A stretch of DNA of 64,000 bases from Eledone cirrhosa (taxonomy: Eukaryota): NCBI GenBank assembly GCA_964016885.1, contig OZ024742.1, positions 106,268,001-106,332,000 of the forward strand. The letters run 5' to 3'. The notes under the pieces are model-generated. The model made no database searches and was not told where the DNA came from. It worked only from the letters and a program-made list of their open reading frames with translations. Positions 1-14,702 of this stretch are shown here, one piece after another; the stretch's first letter is position 1, and each line of letters starts with the position of its first letter. Made by a program: the position numbers and the translations under genes.

Positions 1-55
1 GACTCAAATAGCCGTCGAAACGGCTTGAGTTCTGCCGTCGGCGGTCATACTTTTT

Positions 56-60
<5 letters not shown>
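1..60 (+). mobile_element. 3' half of the same hammerhead-bearing element, opposite orientation, cut by the window edge
   Basis: TAGCCGTC GAAA CGGC TTGAGTTCT GCC GTC GGCGGTC...TTCCTAT then (TA)n; homologous to the reverse complement of 183-233. Confidence 0.7.
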
Positions 61-104
<44 letters not shown>

Positions 105-106
<2 letters not shown>

Positions 107-1336
107 CGAAGGAAATGTGGTAAGGAACCAGGTGGACCATAACGCACCAAAGTACTCAATACTTGAGGTAGTAGAGTGGGTAATAGGAACCAGTAAGACC
201 CCGACAGCTGAGCTCAAGCCGTTTCGACGGCTAATTCTGGACTAAATGAAAATTTATCCTGGTATTTAAATAGCCGATCTTCTCAAGGGGTAATTCCATA
301 TATGGTCAAAGTGATTGTCAAAAATCAGTAGTAATTCTGTGGTTGCAAATTAGTAGGGGAGATGGTGGCTAAACCTGCCAGTAGGAGAAAGAGGGGAGGG
401 GGTGGAGTAGACCCAATCAAGCGTTGGTAGTGCCAGCTACAGCTGGGCATGAGGTCAAAGAAGATACAGGGGAGGGGGAGGGGGAGGAAGTCGGAACGGT
501 AGGTAGAACAATGGGGGGTAGAAATATATAGGAAAGAAAAAATACTGAGAGTGAAGAAAAGCAAATAAGTGTAAAGAAAAAAGTAAAGTAAATTAAATTC
601 TACGACCTAGGTCTTTAGCTATTGTTAGGCTAGAATAAAATAAATAAAGAAAGAAAGAAGTAAAGAAATAAATAAATAAAGAAATAACGAAATAAGTAAA
701 AGAACTAGGTGGGACAGAATAGGCAAGGACCCTTTTAAGAGGTATAAGTACGTAAATGATACGGTGACGGGTCAACAAAATGGGCCAAAATACTAAAGAG
801 ACTACCACGAAATAAACAATAAAGGTTTCCATCCCGGGCACAATGCCAGCAACGACCCAGTGCAGCAAAGTGAACTTGTACGAGATAATAATTCTGAGTC
901 CCGAGAAAAATATATACTAATGCTAACTCTAAAAGATCTAAAACAAGCTACATGAAAGTTCGTACGAAATAAAGGTAGAATACGGAAAAATAAATTCAGA
1001 ATCCACCCCGCCCAAAAGAAAAGCGAAGAAAGAAATACTGAAACGAAAAAATAAGGCATAAGTGCCACTAAGAAATATAGAGGGCACAGAGAATAGTGGG
1101 AGCGGTCGGAAAGAGGGGGCAAGTATCCGGGGTCTAAGCCAACTGCTATAAAGGGCGGAGTCCGCCAAATCTATCATAGACTAGGGGAGGGGGTGGGGGT
1201 ACTAAGGCTACAAGGGGCCAAAGGGCAGCCTCGGGTGGGCGAGAAAAGACGCCGACAAAGGAGAAGAGCTGGGGTAGAAGGACTAAGGAGAGAGGGGGGG
1301 GGGGGAAATAAAGGAAGCGATAAAAGAATACAAAGA

Positions 1337-1338
<2 letters not shown>
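105..1338 (-). mobile_element. (TA)n-embedded element with a hammerhead near its 3' end; putative Penelope-like element fragment
   Basis: Bounded by (TA)n on both sides. The same terminal ~130 bp recurs at 30748-30888 and 50842-50972 and partly at 1-60. No intact RT/GIY-YIG ORF seen. Confidence 0.6.
186..297 (-). ncRNA. Type I hammerhead ribozyme, U3-A8 core variant, enlarged stem/loop II
   Basis: Minus strand reads GGAATT-ACCCC TTGAGAA GA(T)CGGCTA..loop..TAGCCGTC GAAA CGGC TTGAGCTCA GCT GTC^GGGGT-CTTACT-GGTTCC. Stems I, II and III all pair; predicted cleavage between 203 and 202. Confidence 0.7.
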
Positions 1339-1367
<29 letters not shown>

Positions 1368-1371
<4 letters not shown>

Positions 1372-1547
1372 CAAGGGTGACATTGAGCCAATCCTCTGTG
1401 AAACGCGCGTAACATGTCGATACACAATAAAATAACTACATCTATATAAACGAAAATTCGTCGTTTTTATCAATATATACATTCTGCTGCCTGCGCATCG
1501 GGTGGTCATTTTGATACCACCACCAGTAACCAAGTGCATGTCATACA
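1368..1547 (+). mobile_element. (TA)n-flanked fragment with a partial minimal hammerhead (GAAACGCGCGTA)
   Basis: GAAAC-GCGC-GTA at 1400-1411 (palindromic stem III typical of Penelope pLTR hammerheads), followed by AATAAA. The 5' CUGANGA core is not recognisable. Confidence 0.4.
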
Positions 1548-1828
1548 ATATATATATATATATAACAGGTTTATATTCAGTAGAGGGTATATGGGTGATT
1601 ACATTGATATACGTAACAAAATGTATGTATGAATGGGTGGGCGTATGTACCCATGCATTTATCTATATATACAGGTGCGCCGTTGTAAATGTATTAATGT
1701 ACGAGTGAACGCATATATTCACGTATGTGATGAGTCTATACACATTGGCCTGATATATTTGCGTTTTATATTGCCAATTATTCAAGACGAATATATATAT
1801 ATATTGGATATTTCTACCAATTTTTTTT

Positions 1829-1870
<42 letters not shown>

Positions 1871-1880
1871 GTATATGTAT

Positions 1881-3182
<1,302 letters not shown>

Positions 3183-3188
<6 letters not shown>

Positions 3189-3347
3189 AACCGGTAAAAC
3201 TTAAAACCAAAACTGAATACTAACCAATACTATTACTAATTATCACTTATTCCTAATTAAACTATTTTCACTGTGAACAATTTGTCAGCATTTTCTTTTC
3301 CGTTTACCAATATATCATAACTTGTGTGTTACACCTCTATTCTTTTA
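3183..3347. repeat. Single diverged arm of the repeat family that forms the 22777-23126 palindrome
   Basis: atgcgcaaccggtaaaacttaaaac...cattttcttttcc matches 22999-23120, and gtgttacacctctatt matches the reverse complement at ~22754-22769; flanked by (TA)n. Confidence 0.8.
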
Positions 3348-3348
3348 A

Positions 3349-3429
<81 letters not shown>

Positions 3430-3444
3430 GAGAGAGAGAGAGAA

Positions 3445-3490
<46 letters not shown>

Positions 3491-3520
3491 AGAAATATAG
3501 ATCGATAGATAGATAGATAG

Positions 3521-3803
3521 ATATCGTTCTTTATTTGCCACAAGGGCATACACAAAATGGGACATTACAAAACGTGACGACGGGGGTCACGTTTTTACAC
3601 AAAAATCATATGACATTAACAAATAACAATAAACTATATATAAAATAAAGTAACAATCGAAATCCCCAACAGGGAGAACGTTACTGCGTGGTTTTACACC
3701 CCGTAGCTAGAACAACCCTCAATACCAGGAGCACGTTTTGTAGGTGTTCTCGTCTTCCCTCTATCTTGCTCAACCTATAGGTTTATATATACAGAGAAGG
3801 CCC

Positions 3804-3872
<69 letters not shown>

Positions 3873-4378
3873 CATATGTTTCTTTATTAGCCACAGAGGC
3901 ACAAAAGAAGGGGACAAATACAAAGAGGGAAGTTTACATACAATAAAAACGTGTAAAATATTATCACAAATGTAATTTAAAAATTAGTCGATTTTCCCCA
4001 ATAGGGGGAGACAGTTCATATGGGTAACACATACCCCCGAAAAAATGTGCAACCTTCATCTCCAGGAGTACGAAGAGTTTGTACTCCTTTCCTCTCCTCC
4101 TCCTTTTCCTCAACCTACATTCTCGCCACTTTCACCCACCTTTCATAAAACTTGCTGGGGTACAGCACCTCTCTCTCCATCCTGATTCTTCTTCAAAAGT
4201 GGTATTTGAAAAGAAGAATTAGTTGTTGGCCGGAGAGAAAGGTGTCTGACCTCAGCCCTTTCAACCTTGTCCACCATACAACCTCTTTCGCCATAGCTAT
4301 CACACAAAGGAAAACCGCCTCTCCTTCGTTTTTGAAGAAGGGTGGCGGTTTGATCATGACAATGGACTCGGTGTATAG

Positions 4379-4409
<31 letters not shown>

Positions 4410-4575
4410 TGTTTCTTTATTTGCCACAGGGGCACAAAAGAAGGGGACAAATACAAAGGGGGAAGTTTACATGCAATAAAAACGTGTAAAATATTATCAC
4501 AAATGTAATTTTAAAATTAGTCAATTTTCCCCAATAGGGGGAGACATTTCATATGGGTAACACATACCCCCGAAA
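3521..4575 (-). mobile_element. Three tandem 5'-truncated L1/Tx1-like LINE 3' ends, each ending in (ATCT)n
   Basis: Copies at ~3521-3790, 3873-4372 and 4408-4575 share tgtccc..ttttgtg..cc.tgtggc.AATAAAGAA then a GATA microsatellite. The middle copy encodes ESIVMIKPPPFF..VFLCVIAMAKEVVWWTRLK..F.ERW, resembling an L1/Tx1 ORF2 C-terminus. Confidence 0.65.
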
Positions 4576-4597
4576 AAAAAAATAGATAGATAAAAAA

Positions 4598-4658
<61 letters not shown>

Positions 4659-4741
4659 GCTTTGTGTTTTATTGCTGCTGTTGACGTTCTGACTATGTAA
4701 ATGTTTCTTTTAATCTTTGTTCTTGTGATTTCCCGTTTCAG

Positions 4742-4891
4742 GCTGCCAATGCCATCCAGTGGGGTCGGTTCGGATGACATGTAACCAAACTACAGGACAA
4801 TGTACCTGTAAAGAGGGTGTGACTGGATTGAGCTGCAACAGGTGTGCTGAAGGCTACGAACAAACCCAGTCTACCATTGCTCCCTGTGTCA
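4742..4891 (+). CDS. netrin: Netrin/UNC-6 internal coding exon, third laminin-EGF repeat (LE3/V-3)
   Basis: Acceptor tcccgtttcAG at 4740-41 and donor A|GTAAGT at 4892; 150 bp, phase 1-1. Translates (x)[49 protein letters not shown], with 8-Cys LE spacing and the CNQTTGQC / GVTG..CNRCA.GY / S.IAPC motifs of netrin V-3. Upstream exons lie outside the window. Confidence 0.93.
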
Positions 4892-5077
4892 GTAAGTAAC
4901 TCTTCACAGGATACTTCAGCGGAGAGAGAAAAATGTGTTTATTTAACAAGCCAATAATACGCTACCTTTTCCTTTGTTTTAATTTATTTAATTTTTAATT
5001 TTTTTTTTTTTTTGCTTTCTCCTGAATTTTGTTCCTTCTCATCTCTATATATGTGCATATATATGAATATATATATG

Positions 5078-5155
<78 letters not shown>

Positions 5156-5791
5156 TATGTATGTATATGTATATATGTATATATATATAGGTGTGTATAG
5201 ATATATATATGTATGTATATATATGTGTTTGTGTGTGTGTATGTATATGTATGCGTATATATATATATATGTGTGTGTGTGTGTACATATACACATGTAT
5301 ACATGTATATATATAAATATATATATATATATATTTATATATATACATGTATATATGTGTATATGTATACATCTATATGTATATATATATATATATGTGT
5401 GTGTATACATATATGTGTATTGCTTTTTTTATCCTTGACCTGCTTCAACTCTTTCGCTTTACAGACATCTTTTATGGTTCTGACTTCTATTTCCTCCTGC
5501 TTGGATTGCTCACTTCATAAATCAAAAAAAAAAAAAATCTAATAGAAATCCTTCTTACTTTTTCCTCTCCTTTCAAAACCTAAATTTGCTTGCTTCTTTT
5601 TGTGACATTTTCTTTCTTTAACAGGTTATTTTACTCTCTTGTTTTTTCTTCTAGTCTTTATTTATTCTTTATTTCCCTTTTTTTCTTTTCTTTTTTAAAT
5701 TAATTCTTCGTCTTTCCAGCATTTTAACTTTTAACTTATTCTTGATAACTGTTCGTTGGTAACCTTGCTAATTGACCTGTTTAAATCTTAC

Positions 5792-5870
<79 letters not shown>

Positions 5871-6482
5871 TTCTCTCACACACACTCACTTTTTTTTGTT
5901 TACATCTCCATCTATGTGTTTTGCTCAGCTCATATTCTCCCATGCTGTTAACGTAATGTCTTTTTCTTTCATTATTTATATCTACAACCATCCTGCCATC
6001 TTACACATCCTTCTGAAAAAAAAAAATCAAAAGCCCAAACAAATCAAATGCACCATAGTACTCTTTTTCTTTATCGTTTATGACATCTTTTCACTTACTC
6101 GTTTCTTCTTAAAGTCAACAACAATTAAACATATTATTATTATCATCATCATCCGCATCATCGCCATCATCCCCTTCATCATTATCATTACCATACAAAT
6201 CTCGTCGGGGTCAACATTTGCCCTACAGCTTTCCATGGACGATAAAATAACGAATGCCCCTTACCCAATAATTAAGGCGGCAAGTCGACTGAATTCGAAG
6301 AGCAGCGGACAACATTCCGTGTAGGACTTGTTTTTACACATATTTATGTTATCTTTTAAAAGCCTACCGGTGTCAGCTTTATCGTTCATCCTCGCAGAAT
6401 CAATAAAATTAAGGACCAGTCAAGTACTGGGATGTTTTCATAGACTGTTTCTCTTTATCCGGCAATTTATGGCCTTAAAACA

Positions 6483-6548
<66 letters not shown>

Positions 6549-7034
6549 AAATCGAACCTTAGCTACAGTACAACAAGTACTATTCGATTTGTATGAGGTA
6601 ATCACAAAACACTCAATGGATCGAAAGTTAAAAACAAACATTAAGTCCAAAATTAACACCGTTGTTATAAAGTGTGAAACCAAGAAAACCAACCGAAGGC
6701 ACAGGTACTAATCAAGTACAGGATGTAATCGACAGCCCCCTTTTCACTTACCCTTTCCATCTTACCTAGAAATTAAAAATAATAATAATTCTGGCCTTAA
6801 ATAATTATCAATACTGGCATTGCAGTTGAAATTTTAATTTTTAAAAGGAATAGAAATTAGCAGATATTTTTGAGATTTTCTTCAAATATATAATCTTTAA
6901 AATCTTTCAATTTCTTCTCGTTTGTTCTCTGGATCTAACTGCATGGCTGAAACATTATAATACAATAGATGTGGATATATCTAAATAATTAATCAATAAC
7001 CCAGGCGAGTGGATTGGCAGAATCGATTATTACT

Positions 7035-7311
<277 letters not shown>

Positions 7312-7531
7312 ATATGCTCAGGTTTCCTTCATTTCTTGGTGGAAGAAGACAGTGAGAGTGGGCTCCTTCGACCTTTTCTTAGCTCAGTGTCTCCGATAAA
7401 AGAGTAAATGGGAGAGGCGAGGTTAACCTCGGGGCTGTGTGACTTCTGAACACAATGAAACGGAGCAATTACAGTAAGTCATTTCTCCGAGGCCTCCTCT
7501 CTTTCTCTCTCTCGCACGCTCTCTCTCCTCC

Positions 7532-7578
<47 letters not shown>

Positions 7579-7905
7579 GGCAAAGAGAGAGACGGTGGAG
7601 TGAGAACAGTGGAGATAGGTAGATAATGACAATTAAGTGTCAAATGATACACATTATTTTACCATGAAATATTGTTACGTGACCAGTAAAGACAAAGCTT
7701 TCACGGGTGAAAAGCTGCAGCCATCAGCACAGTGTAACCTCATACTTCACTACTAATCAAGGCGAAAATGCATATGATCACGCAAATCTACAGGTCCACA
7801 CAGACACAGACATGTGTGAAAAAATATATAGAGAGATATGTATAGATATATATATATATATATATATATAGATACCTATACATGTCACTCTATTTGTCTA
7901 TCTCC

Positions 7906-7967
<62 letters not shown>

Positions 7968-7969
<2 letters not shown>

Positions 7970-8135
7970 TCTTCTTCTTCTTCTTCTTCTTCTTCTTCTT
8001 CTTCCTGAGAGGGTCGTGAGACCAGATCTCTCAAACCCTCCCTCAAGCGGACCCTGTCAGAAGCAACCATCTCCAATCGATCCGGCTAGATCCCCAAGCG
8101 TGACCATCCAAGCTCATGGATGTTATCGAACCATC
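7968..8135 (-). mobile_element. RTE-like LINE 3' end with (AAG)n tail
   Basis: Minus frame [44 protein letters not shown] followed directly by (GAA)n; resembles an RTE ORF C-terminus. Confidence 0.55.
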
Positions 8136-9242
8136 TTGCTCGGGGTCTAACATAAACACACATAATGTGCTGATTGCTCTTTTTTTCATTTATATTATAT
8201 TTGTGGGTAGAAATGAAAACAAGAACAATCAGAACATAATGTGGAAGATGAGTGCTTACGTTATCAGAAGCATTTGTCATCTGGTATTTTATAAATACGT
8301 GTCTCAAGTTGTTATTCATGAAATCCTATGTTTATCCTGATCAGTCCTGATCATGTAGATAAAGCTATGGCTCGTACGTAATCGGTAGAGTAACTAGGTG
8401 TGTTCCACAACTTTATTGCAACAGATAAACTATACTGTTGCCCATTGAAGGTAGATTATACAATACACTCGATTTATTGTATCCTGTGTAAGAATCCGAG
8501 CATGCTGTTGCCTCTATTTATGTTATCATGTTGTTAAATCCGTTATTGTTATTGTTTATCTCAGGAACTGTCCCGAAATAACAGACCTACGATCAAAGGC
8601 GTTCAAGGTGTAGTCATCTTGTCTGTATGTTTCATCAGTTATAGAATGCCTATGATGATATCATCTAAAGTATACTTCCTTTGTTAAGATAATAGTGTGT
8701 GATGTCAACAACATATCTAGTAAGTCGAGGGTCCATATAGAGACGCCCTAGTCGGTCAGATCATGCAGATATACCTATGGCACCTACATAATCTGTAAAG
8801 AAACTGGTTATGTCCCCAAAATTCATTGCAATAAATAAACTAGTCCTCGCCTATTTAAGGGTTATCATACTATGCACTGGAATAATGATGTAATGATGTA
8901 ATGATGTATCGTATCTTGAATGAAAATCCGAATGTTGTTGCATATATTTTAATCGAACTGCGCACTCAGCTAATTAGAAAATCTATGAAACATTGTTGAT
9001 ATCTAGAACTGCATTATTTAACGCCACTTTCCCTTTATATATATGTGTATATATATATGTATATGTATATATATATATATGCATTGGATGTACATAAATA
9101 GTAATGTAACTAATATATAAAGAAGAATATATATTTTAATCGAGTGTAGGATTGTATGTAGTAAGAACATCAGAGTAACGACCAACTAATTGTTACCTTC
9201 GAATTGACATGTGAGTTTGTGTATGTGTGAAAGAGTGAGAGA

Positions 9243-9320
<78 letters not shown>

Positions 9321-9704
9321 GTGTGTGTGTGTGTGTATGTGTATCTATTCCTGTATGAATGGAAGGGCATTGCTCTGATAATAGAAATTATGGTAGCAGA
9401 CTCTTTAATACGTGATATATAATACATCACCAAGTTACAATCGATTGGCTTCTCATATCTTTTTCATCACAGCCACATCTGTGTCTCCCTTTTTGAAATT
9501 CTTGACTAAGGACCAGACATATATAAATATGCTAAGCATTTTGTCTAGTCTTTCATCTCTAGGCGTACGTGCCACTGGATCGCCCGTGCTTTCTATACTC
9601 AAGGTTTTTTCTTAATAATACCCAAGTTTTAAAAGTTCAACTTCAGCGTTTTCTGTACGAACCATATACATTTATCCTTATCTTTCATTATCAATTATTT
9701 CATG

Positions 9705-9926
9705 AAGGATGGTGGATTGACAGTAACGGTAGAGCACCGAACAACATGCTTTCCGGCATAAAGTTGCGGCCTTTTACATGTTGTGTTCAATTCCCGCCGA
9801 AGTTAGCTTTGCCTTTTATCCTTACAGGGTCGCTAAATAAGTACCAGTAACGCGCTGAGGTCGTTTAATCGACTTTCCCCTTCCTCTTAAATTGCTGGCC
9901 TTGTGCCAAATGTAGAAACAGTTATT
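9705..9926 (+). mobile_element. SINE family A
   Basis: Full-length match to the in-window consensus. Confidence 0.85.
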
Positions 9927-11658
9927 AATTATCCCATGAGAGTGGTGAGTGTCGGAGAAAATACTCTGCAGCATTTGTTCCGTTTTTTTTTTATGTTCTG
10001 TGTTCAAATCCCAACGAAATCAGCTTTGCCTTTCATCCTGCCTGGATCGATAAAAATAAGTACCAATACAACGTTTGTAGATTTTAAAACCAGGAATTAC
10101 ATTATTTTAGAGAAATCTAATTCATGTGTGAACAATATTGATATGTAGGCAATATTAGTGTGTCGACAAATTAATATCCTACTCATGAATGGGGCTGGTA
10201 TTTGTCTACTTACTTTCGTTGAATACTACTTTCTTGCATTATTCTAACTGCTTGCCTATGAAAAGCTTCATTGATTATTAAAAAAACCTTCAAGAAACAC
10301 ACCATACTACCTATAACTTCTTACTGTTTTTTGCTCGCTTCTCATACTTTTTATACTGGCTATATATTATTGACATTCCTTCCACCGCTGCCACTTGTAT
10401 TATTTCCTTTACTAATCAGTTACTCCCACCACTACCCATCATTCCCTTTCTGCCTGTCCTTCTTATTCCTACAATATCTTACTTCATCCTTCTCTTTGTC
10501 ATATTGTTGTGTCCTCTCGAAAGTAAACGTTTTTATTATTGAATGCGCACAATCCAACAGTAGTCACTTTCGTTAAATTCAAACAAATAAAATCATATAC
10601 CACTTTCTGGTGTAATATGCACCATAACATGTTGATATTAATAAATATTCAATACTGATCATCATCATCATCATCATCCTCATCATCCTCATCATCATCA
10701 TAAACAACACAACGCCAATAGCAGCAGCAGCAAATAGCATCTTAAAGAGAACCAAGAAGACACGGTGTAAAACGGTAAGTAATCCAGGGTAGACGTAATG
10801 CTGTGTTAACCTTGGTTAAATATGATGAAGGTAAATATACAACACAGAGTAGATATATTGTCGTATCGCATTGTTTCACGTCATAAATGTATTACACCTA
10901 ATCATTGTAAACAAATGAGTAGATAAATAAATAAGTAAACAGATAGATAGATATATCACTGCGTGCACTCTTTATCACTGTGGTCTTATATATGAACAGG
11001 CATATATCACACACTGTCGATATCGTACAAGTAAGAACGTTTACTGCATGCGTTTTGGAATAACGTTCGACTTATATGAAAAGATAAATGTTCTATGCAT
11101 GACATCAACTGGTTCGGGAATATTTTATGTCAACTATTCCGCTCATCACCGTTTATCTCTGGTTACCTACGGTCTTCCATGTTCTACTCTGATATTTGGT
11201 ATCCTCTTATCTATACGGACATTCAGACAAATCATTAATAAACTATTATTTTTTGTTCGTTTATTTTCTTTAGCGAATTGCTATTGATTCGTCAGTGTAT
11301 GTGGTAGATATGTTCAGATTTTTGTTTGGAATGATGCAGCATTTACTATTATTTTCACTCTTTTTGTAACTGTTTTAATTTATTTCCATAAATGTTGTTG
11401 TTGTTGAAGGGGAAGAAGAGGTGGAAGTTGTAGTAACTGCGGTGGTAATGGTGGGATATATATTTTTGTTGTGAATGTTATTGTCGTTACTGCGGTTATT
11501 GTTTCTTCATCATATTTTGTTGTAAAACTGAGTCAAAGAGAGAGTATAGTGATGAAAACGACTTAATAAAATTGTAAAATACATTTAAAGAAATTCAGTA
11601 AGATATTCTCTAATGGTTTACTCTAAGGGATCTTTCAACACACACACACACACACACG

Positions 11659-11702
<44 letters not shown>

Positions 11703-13349
11703 CACACGCACACGCACACGCACACACACACACGAACAGAAGCGCATAGCAAAAAAAAGAAAAGTATTAAAACAAGGGATAAAAAGATTATAAAAGAAAA
11801 TGGTAAAAGAGAAAAGATTGATGTATATAAATAAGTATTTATATATATATAATGTATGTGTGTATGAATGTATAATGTCTGTTTTAGTATTTTCATAGCA
11901 TGGCCTGTTTGATGTGAATTTGTTATGACCAGTATCTCGCCTGCACAACTTAATATATTTTCTATCGTATATATATATATATATATATACACATATATAT
12001 ATATATATATATATAAATACACTGAAATCGTTTATTTTACTATTTCGAGGAATCCATCTTGTAATTTTATGTTTCATCTCTTTGGACAAACAAAAAATAA
12101 AGAGAGTGTGAGGAGATTGTTATAGAAGCCGATTCAGATTTAATTGGTTTAACAGTTGTGAGGAAAATTGTTATCGTCTGCAATTTGAAGAAAATTCCAA
12201 TTGACACGTGACTTATCGCGTATGAAACTTAGTGCTTGATGAGAGATATCTTAATATGGAAGTTTCTCTTCTTTTTCATTGTTTATTTATCTCGGGACAA
12301 TGTTAGGAACCTGTTTTATTAATTTGACTGTTGTTCTCCTCAAACAATTCACGTATCCTCCCTAAAATTTCAGCTGAAGTTATCGAGTGTAAACAGGTTT
12401 TCCTTTTGAAATAGTAATATTCCGTAAAATATAGACTACTCAATAATTAACTAGAAAAATCGATTAAATTGCTTACAACTGCATTGATGTCGACTCAGAT
12501 CCAATATCAAAGATCTGAAGCAATTTATGTCATTTCTCTCGCGCTTCAATATCACACAGAAATTTAGTACACTTCTCTTAAACATCGTTGAGAATCATCA
12601 TTATTAAGCTGAAGATAGTCTGACATGGTAACATCATCCCAATTTTGATGATATAACTGACAGCTAAATTCAACTCACGCCTCTCACAAACAATTAAGGG
12701 AATCACTACGTGGTCGATTGGCCTACTATAAATAGCAGCTACATTTCTCTCAAATTACACCCTACCATCTTCAAAAATGTAGGCGCACATTGGATAATGT
12801 ACCTAGATATAGTATGTATGTATGAACTCGTAACTTTTGATGGAGTCGTGGGAGATAAAGAGGGCGAGAGAAAGGAAGTGAGAAAGTGATGTAGAGAAAA
12901 AATCGACCTCGAAAGGATAAAAGTCAAGTTTGACTTCAGCAGGATTTAAACTCAAGAAGCACGGAGAGTCTGGACATACCTTTGAGCATAGCATCCGACG
13001 TTTTAACGACTCTGCTAATTAATAGCCTACCTAGATACAGAGTGCTCGAGAAAATGACGGATTGACCATGACTGAAATACCTTTGATCCTAAGTCTGATT
13101 AGTCAGAGCTGACCTGGACAATAGCAATAGCAATACTAACTATTAAAACACATAAAAACAATGACAAAACGAGATTAGGTCAAGTTTTCTTTTGGACTGT
13201 TAGTAACTGATAACACAGACTACTTCGTGGCTGCGAACTAGTGTGTCGCGTTAGTTCATCCTAACTGAAACGTTACAAATATTTCATTCAGTTGACATTA
13301 TGTATACCCCCCCCCCCTCACACACACACACATTTAAGGGCGTGGACTT

Positions 13350-13975
13350 AAGGCGGTGGATTGGCAGAATCGGTAGAGCGTGGGACAACATGCTTAGCGG
13401 CATAGAGCTACGTCCTTTTTACCTTCTGAATTGAAATCCCGCCGAAGTTAGCTTTTCCATTCTTCCTTACGTGGTCGATAAAATAAAGTACCAGTAAGTC
13501 CTGGGATCGATTTAATCGACTTTCCCCTCCCCTTCAAATCACTGGCCTTGTGCCTAAAGTAGAAACAATTCTGTATAACTCCCCCAATACCACTTTAGAA
13601 ACTATCAATGTATAAAAAGGTGAAGTTCAAGGTGTTGAATTGGCAGTCGTCAGGGCGCCAGATTAAAAATGTTTCGGTATTTGTTGAGGCTTATTGTGAT
13701 CTGAGTCGAAATCCAGCCGAAGTCAACTTTAATTTTTATTATTTCGAGGTCGGTAAGAGCAGTGGATTGGCAGTATCTGTAGAGTGGGACACCATGCTTT
13801 GCAGCATAGAGTTACGGTCCTTTATGGTCTGAGTTCAAATCCTGCCGAGGTTAACTTTGCCTTTCATCCTTACGGGGTCGATAAAATAAAGCACCAGTAA
13901 CGTACTGGGGTCGATTTAATCGACTTTCCCCTCCCCACAAACTACTGGCCTTGTGCCTATACTAGAAATCATTAT
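13350..13975 (+). mobile_element. SINE family A cluster (full copies 13350-13570 and 13755-13975 plus an older fragment)
   Basis: A/B boxes, central domain and GGCCTTGTGCCTA..TAGAAA end in both copies. Confidence 0.85.
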
Positions 13976-14619
13976 TTCAAGGTCGATAGATATAGAACAT
14001 TTCCAACACTGTATCGACTCCATCTTTCGCTGGAAGAAGTCGGCTGTTTTGACATGTCCTGTATCAGGACGAAGCCTCTGGGATTCTATCAGGAGTTGAG
14101 AATCTTTTACTTTAAAGTTCCACAAATATTTCTAATATAATAATTTCACAGTTTATTCTTGCACTGCACTTGCTCTCTTTGTTCTTTCATTTGCACTTGC
14201 TAGAAAAGCATGCATTTGCTGTGTTCAGTAATCATTATGTGTACATATGTGTGCGTGTGCTTTTTTAACTGCTTGCCTTTAAACTTTACAGCTTTATAAC
14301 TTATCTTATTAATTTTCATTTTTGCCAGCGATTTCGTTTCTCATTGTATCTTTTTGTTATTATAATTATTATTATCATCATCATCAAGTTTACCATTATT
14401 ATTTTTGCTTTGTGAATGTGCTAATTTTCAAGCTTTCAGGACGCTTTCTGCCACCATGATACAGACAGAGAAGACATTATTATTATTATTATTATTTTAT
14501 ATATTTTGTTTCTTCAAGAAATATTATTACATGGCTGTAGTCGCCCTTTGTTGAACTGAAACTTTGCAGTCTTACATTTGTACCATTTGATGCAAAACTT
14601 ATTTCTTTCTATTTTTCGC

Positions 14620-14658
14620 TCACTCTCTCTCTCTCTCTCGCTCTATGCTCTCTCTATC

Positions 14659-14702
<44 letters not shown>

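Noticed and set aside
325-1435. ORFs in the 105-1338 element as Penelope RT/GIY-YIG
   Set aside because: Short, compositionally biased and without catalytic motifs; the Penelope-like call rests on ribozyme and architecture only.
10650-10780. Possible netrin micro-exon ending at ACG|GTAAGT (10775)
   Set aside because: The phase-1-ending frame contains TAA just before the donor, and there is no good acceptor.
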